A DNA stretch of 64,000 nt, taken from assembly GCA_032718475.1 (NCBI GenBank), contig JAUCBJ010006039.1, positions 21,680 through 85,679 of the forward strand, in the 5' to 3' direction. Made by a program: the position numbers and the translations under genes. This DNA comes from Nemertoderma westbladi (taxonomy: Eukaryota; Animalia; Xenacoelomorpha). This document shows, one piece after another, positions 24,801-36,800 of this stretch. The stretch's first letter is position 1; every line of letters starts with the position of its first letter. The notes under the pieces were generated by a model. It did not search any database. It saw nothing but the letters and a program-made list of their open reading frames with translations, and was not told the origin of the DNA.

Positions 24801-27800
24801 GCGAGCGCCTCACGTTCTTCCCCAACCGTTAGCAGTTGAGAAGGACTGCGAGCGCCTCACGTTCTTCCCCAACCATTAGCAGTTGAGAAGGACTGCGAGC
24901 GCCTCACGTTCTTCCTCAACCGTTAGCAGTTGAGAAGGACTGCGAGCGCCTCACGTTCTTCCTCAACCGTTAGCAGTTGAGAAGGACTGCGAGCGCCTCA
25001 CGTTCTTCCTCAACCGTTAGCAGTTGAGAAGGACTGCGAGCGCCTCACGTTCTTCCCCAACCGTTAGCAGTTGAGAAGGACTGCGAGCGCGATAAAAATA
25101 ATAAAAAAAGGCCCTATTATATATTAATAATGCACACATGGCTTAAAGTATAATGCAGCACAATGATAATATTGGTACATTGAAGCGCACATATTATATA
25201 ACATCAGCATCCCTGAAGGAGGTTGGTTCTAGGATCCACTAGAATACACATGGATCTGGGATCCACGGAGATGGATCTGGGATCCACGGAGATGGATCTG
25301 GGATTTACGGAGATGGATCTGGGATCCATGGTGATGGATCTGGGATCCACCGCAATGGATCTTGGTTCCACCGCGATGGATCTGGGATCCACATCGATGG
25401 ATCCCGGATGTTCTACTGGATTCGACTTCCACAATTATTAAGTTATATATGTTTTATCGCAGACGTCTACGGTAAGATGGTTTCACTCCCCGACGGTAAA
25501 GTACAGTCGCAGGACTATTACCCTGAGGACTGGATCCTGGGCCTTGGATCTCCGTTCCAGAACTACTTCGTCGAGCATTTCGAAGTGAGCGATGATCTAG
25601 AGAAGATCGATGTTCAGCCGCCAGATATCAGGTTAGGTCGGTGGGGCGAGCCATTTATCAATTCCTGCTTTAATGACCTCCTAGACTTTACTAAGTTTTC
25701 TAAGTCTGGTTAGTTCCCAATGTTCAATGGCCTCCGCTAGGGGGCTCTAACTAAATATGTCTGGGCAATGTGTCCTAGTAATATCGGAGTTACTTAATAC
25801 GCCCCCTACCGGAGTTCCCCTGAACTAGTAATGGGACGGTTTTGGTCTCTCTATATCCTGTTACTGACCGCACTATCACATACTCCCACTGCAGTCTCAG
25901 ACGCCCCATCTAACCTATGTCTTATGATTATTGTTACAGCAACGGCGACCACGTCTGGATTTGGCACGACTTTAACCGCGAACTCACAGCTTACCGCGAT
26001 TTCGATACCAACGAATGTTACGTTCGATCTCTCGACGTCGCCAACACGAAACCCCCCACTACAATGATCGACCTTCTCAAACTGCTACAGGTTATTGTTA
26101 TAATAATTATCTACTGTATGTATAAGAATAATAAGTGGGGCCTTCGCGCAACACGTGGCATGAACTTATGTTAAGTGTCAACTCGGACAAATCTAGGGGG
26201 ATGTTCCCTAATAAGTTACCATCTAGAGGCCGACGATATGGGATGGGTAACTGATTTAATTATTTTCCCTATATGCACCGTATTCCAAGGCTGGCTGACT
26301 ACGTGGCTCGCCCCATCCTTTTAGTACGTCTCGTTATCTTTGGCTTCTTCTGGACAGAGCTATTATAGCTTTTTAGATATTTAGTAGAGTTGAAACAGAG
26401 ACCTGTCACTGATCTCTGGATTCTGCGGGCAGTTTTTTGGTCTCCGGATAGTTCTTTGGTTACCGGGTATGGAAAACAGACATTTTACCCAGAGATCAAT
26501 GATTTTACAACATAGAAATAGTTATTTAAAATAGATCCTGTACAACACAAAATGTGAAATGAAGATTATTTTCACAAATTTTTTACAATTAATTATTTAT
26601 TTAATTTTTTTAACTATTTTTAATACACCGCTTCAACAAAATTCTATATTCACTTTTACACTGTTTTTAATCTAACTCTAAATCTGACTCAAACAAAATG
26701 TACCGATAATCTTCTATTTAATTAATTTAAGGTGCGTTTAATTTTAAGTTAAATTAGCACCTAAAGATGGTTCTTATTTAAGGATAAGGGTGCTTAATTT
26801 GAGCTCCCGTAATGTTTAAAAGTGAAAGAAAGGGCTGATCTCCATTCAACTTGTTGTAGGATAGATAATAAGACGACCAAATGAAGAAAACGAGCGTAAC
26901 GAGGCTTGTAAATGGGGCGAGTAGAGTACTATACCTGTGCACTAAGTATTCGTAAATATCTAAGTTTATAGTATATCGAAATGTATATGATTTGAAAAAT
27001 TGTAAAATAAATGCCTTTAATTAACAAAGTACCTTTACCTATGGCGCAAACATATTAATGTAATATATTATTAACAATAACAAAATAAGAACGAATTAAT
27101 AAACAAATAACCAAATTAATATTAATTAAGTCCCCCAAACTGTACGTGCGCTTATTTTCTTACAATGGGTCAGGGTTGGAATGGGTTGGAGTTACTGTAA
27201 TTCAACCATTTAAAAACAGTTATCAGTCCATATGTACCTGTCTGTGCTTTATGGGACTAATCAAAATGGAAGAACAAAAATAAGCAAAGTCTCTGATCTC
27301 CGGCTCTGGTCTCCGGTATTTTTCAAAATAATTATCTGGGTAGGTCTCTGGTTTACCGGGATTAAGAAATACAGGTCTCTGTTGCAACTCTAATATTTAG
27401 CTAATTTTACTTTTATTATTTTTAATGTTATTACATTTTCTGAAGAAAAGGCTATTTGCCACAAGTTTTCTAACGAAAGACAATATCGATAAATAGGATG
27501 GTTTTGTTTTGTTTAGAACTTCTTTATGTAGAAGAGTATGAATTTATCGCTATCACAGCTTCACATATTGTTGGCTGCTGATTACAATTATTACTTAATG
27601 AGGGTCTGACATCTCATATCTTCATATAAATATTGTATATTTTTATATAGCCTGTAATTCTAAAATCAGTTTAATAACAGAATGCAGTTGTGCTAAACAT
27701 AAATAAGCAATGTTCTTGCAAAATGAGTGCCTTATTTCAGTACCTGTTGATAAGGGTGGGTCTGCTGTAGGCGTACTGTCGGCATATAAGTAGAGGGGCA

Positions 27801-30800
27801 GTCTGAATTTGGGATGGAACTCCATTTTAAGGGGGGGGTACACCATTTTGGTCCAAAATATGTCGAAATTTTTTTTATGGTCTATTATAATGCACCATTG
27901 AATGGTGTTTCCAAATCTGAAAACCGCTATTTAATAGCTCTTTTAGTTTTCAAGTTATGTAAATTTCCATTTACGGAATCCTATTGAAATTACTATTACT
28001 ATGTATAATGAAAGGTCGATTATCTCCAAATATTTTTTTCATGAAATTGTCAACTTCAAAACCCTACTACTTCTACAATTTTTGAGTAATTAGTCTGAAA
28101 CTTCCTGTGGGTGTCTAGATAGCCACCCTGCATAAAAGTATCAGGCAACTTTTCGAAATTTTTTGTTAATAAAATTTAATACTATTTATAAAAAACCTAA
28201 AAATTTGCATAAATTTGCAGCGCCACCTAGCGGTGCAGAATTATTTTAACAAAATTTCGCCTGATAGTTATGTTGCCCCATCTTTGATCTATCATATAAA
28301 AAAACTTTCATGTGATCACGTTCAAAACTGTAAAAGCCTTAGGGTTTTAAGCGCAACCAAGTTTTTTTTGTTGTTAACTAGTATTAACTAATATTAAATA
28401 GCCAAAAAAAAAAATTTTCTGACCTGTCATGTAGAATAGCATCTTAGGCACCTATATGCCAAATTTTAGCCAAAATCAAACAATTTTGAAACGCTGAGAG
28501 TGATAAATCAAAGAGTTGTCCGAAAATGGTGTACCCCCCCCTTAATGGTTGAAATATAACCAATCATATAAGTAGAGGGGCAGTCTGAATTTGGGATAGA
28601 ACTGCATTGTATTGGTTGAAATATAACCAATCATATAAGTAGAGGAGCAGTCTGAATTTGGGATAGAACTGCATTGTATTGGTTGAAATATAACCAATCA
28701 TATAAGTAGAGGGGCAGTCTGAATTTGGGATAGAACTGCATTGTATTGGTTGAAATATAACCAATCATATAAGTAGAGGGGCAGTCTGAATTTGGGATAG
28801 AACTGCATTGTATTGGTTGAAATATAACCAATCATATAAGTAGAGGAGCAGTCTGAATTTGGGATAGAACTGCATTGTATTGGTTGAAATATAACCAATC
28901 ATATAAGTAGAGGGGCAGTCTGAATTTGGGATGGAACTGCATTGTATTGGTTGAAATATAACCAATCATATAAGTAGAGGGGCAGTCTGAATTTGGGATA
29001 GAACTCCATTGTATTGGTTGAAATATAACCAATCATATAAGTAGAGGAGCAGTCTGAATTTGGGATGGAACTGCATTGTATTGGTTGAAATATAACCAAT
29101 CATATAAGTAGAGGAGCAGTCTGAATTTGGGATGGAACTGCATTGTATTGGTTGAAATATAACCAATCATATAAGTAGAGGAGCAGTCTGAATTTGGGAT
29201 GGAACTGCATTGTATTGGTTGAAATATAACCAATCATATAAGTAGAGGAGCAGTCTGAATTTGGGATGGAACTGCATTGTATTGGTTGAAATATAACCAA
29301 TCATATAAGTAGAGGAGCAGTCTGAATTTGGGATGGAACTGCATTGTATTGGTAGAAATATAACCAATCATATAAGTAGAGGAGCAGTCTGAATTTGGGA
29401 TGGAACTGCATTGTATTGGTTGAAATATAACCAATCATATAAGTAGAGGAGCAGTCTGAATTTGGGATGGAACTGCATTGTATTGGTTGAAATATAACCA
29501 ATCATATAAGTAGAGGAGCAGTCTGAATTTGGGATGGAACTGCATTGTATTGGTTGAAATATAACCAATCATATAAGTAGAGGGGCAGTCTGAATTTGGG
29601 ATGGAACTGCATTGTATTGGTAGAAATATAACCAATCATATAAGTAGAGGGGCAGTCTGAATTTGGGATGGAACTGCATTGTATTGGTTGAAATATAACC
29701 AATCATATAAGTAGAGGGGCAGTCTGAATTTGGGATGGAACTGCATTGTATTGGTTGAAATATAACCAATCATATAAGTAGAGGAGCAGTCTGAATTTGG
29801 GATAGAACTGCATTGTATTGGTTGAAATATAACCAATCATATAAGTAGAGGGGCAGTCTGAATTTGGGATGGAACTGCATTGTATTGGTTGAAATATAAC
29901 CAATCATATAAGTAGAGGGGCAGTCTGAATTTGGGATAGAACTGCATTGTATTGGTTGAAATATAACCAATCATATAAGGGGTAGGTGTAAAACGCGGAT
30001 CCGGATCCGGATCCGGATTCAGGATCCGGATACGGATCAGGACCCGGATTTGCGAGTGTAAAAGGCGGATCCGGATTTACATACAATCCGTAACTGAGTG
30101 TAATATGCGGATTCTGAAATACGCAATCCGTATTGCAGTGTAAAACGCGGATTCATATATTTTATGAATCCGGAATGGAGTGTAAAATACGGATTTACGT
30201 TAATTACCAAGTTTTAATGGATCCGGAATGGAGTGTAAAACACGGATTTTCGTTAATTACCAAGTTTTGTTGGATCCGGAATGGAGTGTAAAACACGGAT
30301 TTTCGTTAATTACCAAGTTTTGTTGGATCCGGAATGGAGTGTAAAACACGGATTTCGTTAATAACCAAATTTTGTTGGATCCGGAATGGAGTGTAAAACA
30401 CGGATTTCGTTAATTACCAAGTTTTGTTGGATCCGGAATGGAGTGTAAAACACGGATTTTCGTTAATTACCAAGTTTTGTTGGATCCGGAATGGAGTGTA
30501 AAACACGGATTTTCGTTAATTACCAAGTTTTGTTGGATCCGGAATGGAGTGTAAAACACGGATTTTCGTTAATTACCAAGTTTTATTGGATCCGGAATGG
30601 AGTGTAAAACACGGATTTTCGTTAATTACCAAGTTTTGTTGGATCCGGAATGGAGTGTAAAACACGGATTTTCGTTAATTACCAAGTTTTGTTGGATCCG
30701 GAATGGAGTGTAAAACACGGATTTTCGTTAATTACCAAGTTTTAATGGATCCGGAAAGGGGTGTAAAACGCGGATTCAATTTATTTACCAAGTGTTACTA

Positions 30801-33800
30801 GATCCGGGAAGGGGTGTAAAACGCGGATTGATTCAGGTTAATTACAAAGTGTTACTGGATCCGGGAAGGGGTGTAAAACGCGGATTGATTCAGGTTAATT
30901 ACAAAGTGTTACTGGATCCGGGAAGGGGTGTAAAATGCGGATTTACGTTAATTACTGAGTTTGTTAATGAGGGACACAACTATTAATGAGGTACACACAT
31001 TAATGAGGGACACAAACATTAATGGGGGACACCTTAATAGTTAATAGACACCTTAATAATTTGTCTATGTCTAGGGGCCACACATAAGCTTAATCCGGCT
31101 CTGGGGGACACCTTAATAGGGGTCAATGCTTCCCAATGAATTATTAATAAGGGCGATGGTGATGCTTGGCCGTCAGACATTATTAGATATTGATTAGCTG
31201 AAAAACTATACTACCGTGGGAACGTGACCTCTCTGGTAGAGCAGCTCTGTAGACAATTGTATGGTAGGATTACTGTCCTGTTCCCTGATTGGCTTATCCA
31301 TCCCAACCTCCCTTACAAACAAGAATCACTGTTCTGCCTAGCTGGCGGTAGTTTGTACTGCATCATAGCGTACTCTATTTAAGGCCTTGCAAGCTTGCTG
31401 CCTTCCTAATTTATGGAGGCTGAACTGTTCAGTATAATTTCTTATTTAATTTCTTATTAAACATGGATGACAGTGATGACTTTGTAAAGGTTCCATTTAC
31501 GGGATTCGTTATTCCGAGTCCAACCAATGATACAGCCATTGTTGAGCCGCTTGAACTCACTACCCAAACATCGTGCACCCCGAGTCCGGAGAAGAAAAAA
31601 ACCAGGAAAGTCAGCAAGCCAAGAAAAGTTACTAAAGAACAATAAACATTGCACTAATTAATAATTGTAACTAGATGAGGGTCTGGGTCTTTATTGCATA
31701 TGCGTTTTATAAATTGTTCATTAAAACTTACTAATTAACTTGAATCCGCGTTTTACACCCCTTCCCGGATCCAATAAAACTTGGTAATTAACATAAATCC
31801 GTGTTTTACACTCCGTTCCGGATCCAATAAAACTTGGTAATTAACGTAAATCCGTGTTTTACACTCCATTCCGGATCCAATAAAACTTGGTAATTAACGT
31901 AAATCCGTGTTTTACACTCCATTCCGGATCCAATAAAACTTGGTAATTAACGTAAATCCGTGTTTTACACTCCATTCCGGATCCAATAAAACTTGGTAAT
32001 TAACGTAAATCCGTGTTTTACACTCCATTCCGGATCCAATAAAACTTGGTAATTAACGTAAATCCGTGTTTTACACTCCATTCCGGATCCAATAAAACTT
32101 GATAATTAACGTAAATCCGTGTTTTACACTCCATTCCGGATCCAATAAAACTTGGTAATTAACGTAAATCCGTGTTTTACACTCCATTCCGGATCCAATA
32201 AAACTTGGTAATTAACGTAAATCCGTGTTTTACACTCCATTCCGGATCCAATAAAACTTGGTAATTAACGTAAATCCGTGTTTTACACTCCATTCCGGAT
32301 CCAATAAAACTTGGTAATTAACGTAAATCCGTGTTTTACACTCCATTCCGGATCCAATAAAACTTGGTAATTAACGAAATCCGTGTTTTACACTCCATTC
32401 CGGATCCAATAAAACTTGGTAATTAACGTAAATCCGTGTTTTACACTCCATTCCGGATCCAATAAAACTTGGTAATTAACGTAAATCCGTGTTTTACACT
32501 CCATTCCGGATCCAATAAAACTTGGTAATTAACGTAAATCCGTGTTTTACACTCCATTCCGGATCCAATAAAACTTAGTAATTAACGTAAATCCGTGTTT
32601 TACACTCCATTCCGGATCCAATAAAACTTGATAATTAACGTAAATCCGTGTTTTACACTCCATTCCGGATCCAATAAAACTTAGTAATTAACGTAAATCC
32701 GCGTTTTACACCCCTTCCCGGATCCAATAAAACTTGGTAATTAACTAGAATCCGCGTTTTACACCCCTTCCCGGATCCAATAAAACATGGTAATTAACTT
32801 GAATCCGCGTTTTACACCCCTTCCCGGATTTAATAAAACTTTGTAATAAACCTGAATCCGTATTTTACACCCAATCCCGGATTCAGTAGAAAAATGAATC
32901 CGCGTTTTACACTCCGTTCAGGATTTAGCCTAAAACATGAATCCGCGCTTTACACTCCGTTCCGGATCTGAAAAAAAGGCCAATCCGCATTTTACACTCG
33001 GTTACGGATTCGGTAAATTTAGCAGTGCACGGATCCGCAGATTACACCCTAAAAATGTAAATTCAGTCGACTTCCATAGGGACAATGTTAAATGATAGAA
33101 TCCGGATCCTGATCCGGATCCGCGTTTTACTCTGACCCTCATATAAGTAGAGGGGCAGTCTGAATTTGGGATGGAACTGCATTGTATTGGTAGAAATATA
33201 ACCAATCATATAAGTAGAGGGGCAGTCTGAATTTGGGATAGAACTGCATTGTATTGGTAGAAATATAACCAATCATATAAGTAGAGGGGCAGTCTGAATT
33301 TGGGATGGAACTGCATTGTATTGGTTGAAATATAACCAATCATATAAGTAGAGGAGCAGTCTGAATTTGGGATAGAACTGCATTGTATTGGTTGAAATAT
33401 AACCAATCATATAAGTAGAGGAGCAGTCTGAATTTGGGATGGAACTGCATTGTATTGGTTGAAATATAACCAATCATATAAGTAGAGGAGCAGTCTGAAT
33501 TTGGGATGGAACTGCATTGTATTGGTTGAAATATAACCAATCATATAAGTAGAGGAGCAGTCTGAATTTGGGATGGAACTGCATTGTATTGGTTGAAATA
33601 TAACCAATCATATAAGTAGAGGAGCAGTCTGAATTTGGGATAGAACTGCATTGTATTGGTTGAAATATAACCAATCATATAAGTAGAGGAGCAGTCTGAA
33701 TTTGGGATGGAACTGCATTGTATTGGTTGAAATATAACCAATCATATAAGTAGAGGAGCAGTCTGAATTTGGGATAGAACTGCATTGTATTGGTTGAAAT

Positions 33801-36800
33801 ATAACCAATCATATAAGTAGAGGGGCAGTCTGAATTTGGGATGGAACTGCATTGTATTGGTAGAAATATAACCAATCATATAAGTAGAGGGGCAGTCTGA
33901 ATTTGGGATGGAACTGCATTGTATTGGTTGAAATATAACCAATCATATAAGTAGAGGAGCAGTCTGAATTTGGGATGGAACTGCATTGTATTGGTTGAAA
34001 TATAACCAATCATATAAGTAGAGGGGCAGTCTGAATTTGGGATGGAACTGCATTGTATTGGTAGAAATATAACCAATCATATAAGTAGAGGAGCAGTCTG
34101 AATTTGGGATGGAACTGCATTGTATTGGTTGAAATATAACCAATCATATAAGTAGAGGAGCAGTCTGAATTTGGGATGGAACTGCATTGTATTGGTTGAA
34201 ATATAACCAATCATATAAGTAGAGGGGCAGTCTGAATTTGGGATGGAACTGCATTGTATTGGTAGAAATATAACCAATCATATAAGTAGAGGAGCAGTCT
34301 GAATTTGGGATGGAACTGCATTGTATTGGTAGAAATATAACCAATCATATAAGTAGAGGAGCAGTCTGAATTTGGGATGGAACTGCATTGTATTGGTTGA
34401 AATATAACCAATCATATAAGTAGAGGGGCAGTCTGAATTTGGGATGGAACTGCATTGTATTGGTAGAAATATAACCAATCATATAAGTAGAGGAGCAGTC
34501 TGAATTTGGGATAGAACTGCATTGTATTGGTTGAAATATAACCAATCATATAAGTAGAGGGGCAGTCTGAATTTGGGATGGAACTGCATTGTATTGGTTG
34601 AAATATAACCAATCATATAAGTAGAGGAGCAGTCTGAATTTGGGATGGAACTGCATTGTATTGGTTGAAATATAACCAATCATATAAGTAGAGGAGCAGT
34701 CTGAATTTGGGATGGAACTGCATTGTATTGGTTGAAATATAACCAATCATATAAGTAGAGGAGCAGTCTGAATTTGGGATGGAACTGCATTGTATTGGTT
34801 GAAATATAACCAATCATATAAGTAGAGGAGCAGTCTGAATTTGGGATGGAACTGCATTGTATTGGTTGAAATATAACCAATCATATAAGTAGAGGAGCAG
34901 TCTGAATTTGGGATAGAACTGCATTGTATTGGTTGAAATATAACCAATCATATAAGTAGAGGAGCAGTCTGAATTTGGGATGGAACTGCATTGTATTGGT
35001 TGAAATATAACCAATCATATAAGTAGAGGAGCAGTCTGAATTTGGGATGGAACTGCATTGTATTGGTTGAAATATAACCAATCATATAAGTAGAGGAGCA
35101 GTCTGAATTTGGGATGGAACTGCATTGTATTGGTTGAAATATAACCAATCATATAAGTAGAGGAGCAGTCTGAATTTGGGATGGAACTGCATTGTATTGG
35201 TTGAAATATAACCAATCATATAAGTAGAGGAGCAGTCTGAATTTGGGATGGAACTGCATTGTATTGGTTGAAATATAACCAATCATATAAGTAGAGGAGC
35301 AGTCTGAATTTGGGATGGAACTGCATTGTATTGGTTGAAATATAACCAATCATATAAGTAGAGGAGCAGTCTGAATTTGGGATGGAACTGCATTGTATTG
35401 GTTGAAATATAACCAATCATATAAGTAGAGGAGCAGTCTGAATTTGGGATAGAACTGCATTGTATTGGTTGAAATATAACCAATCATATAAGTAGAGGAG
35501 CAGTCTGAATTTGGGATAGAACTGCATTGTATTGGTTGAAATATAACCAATCATATAAGTAGAGGAGCAGTCTGAATTTGGGATGGAACTGCATTGTATT
35601 GGTTGAAATATAACCAATCATATAAGTAGAGGAGCAGTCTGAATTTGGGATGGAACTGCATTGTATTGGTTGAAATATAACCAATCATATAAGTAGAGGA
35701 GCAGTCTGAATTTGGGATGGAACTGCATTGTATTGGTTGAAATATAACCAATCATATAAGTAGAGGGGCAGTCTGAATTTGGGATAGAACTGCATTGTAT
35801 TGGTTGAAATATAACCAATCATATAAGTAGAGGAGCAGTCTGAATTTGGGATGGAACTGCATTGTATTGGTTGAAATATAACCAATCATATAAGTAGAGG
35901 AGCAGTCTGAATTTGGGATGGAACTGCATTGTATTGGTAGAAATATAACCAATCATATAAGTAGAGGAGCAGTCTGAATTTGGGATGGAACTGCATTGTA
36001 TTGGTTGAAATATAACCAATCATATAAGTAGAGGGGCAGTCTGAATTTGGGATGGAACTGCATTGTATTGGTAGAAATATAACCAATCATATAAGTAGAG
36101 GAGCGGTCTGAATTTGGGATGGAACTGCATTGTATTGGTTGAAATATAACCAATCATATAAGTAGAGGGGCAGTCTGAATTTGGGATGGAACTGCATTGT
36201 ATTGGTAGAAATATAACCAATCATATAAGTAGAGGAGCAGTCTGAATTTGGGATGGAACTGCATTGTATTGGTTGAAATATAACCAATCATATAAGTAGA
36301 GGGGCAGTCTGAATTTGGGATAGAACTGCATTGTATTGGTTGAAATATAACCAATCATATAAGTAGAGGAGCAGTCTGAATTTGGGATGGAACTGCATTG
36401 TATTGGTAGAAATATAACCAATCATATAAGTAGAGGGGCAGTCTGAATTTGGGATGGAACTGCATTGTATTGGTAGAAATATAACCAATCATATAAGTAG
36501 AGGGGCAGTCTGAATTTGGGATAGAACTGCATTGTATTGGTTGAAATATAACCAATCATATAAGTAGAGGAGCAGTCTGAATTTGGGATGGAACTGCATT
36601 GTATTGGTTGAAATATAACCAATCATATAAGTAGAGGAGCAGTCTGAATTTGGGATAGAACTGCATTGTATTGGTTGAAATATAACCAATCATATAAGTA
36701 GAGGAGCAGTCTGAATTTGGGATGGAACTGCATTGTATTGGTTGAAATATAACCAATCATATAAGTAGAGGAGCAGTCTGAATTTGGGATGGAACTGCAT

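Noticed and set aside
21114-25113. Direct repeats AAAAATAATA...AAAGGCCC flanking the 47-bp array as a TSD
   Set aside because: Imperfect, low-complexity and not flush with the array ends; plausible by chance in AT-rich DNA.
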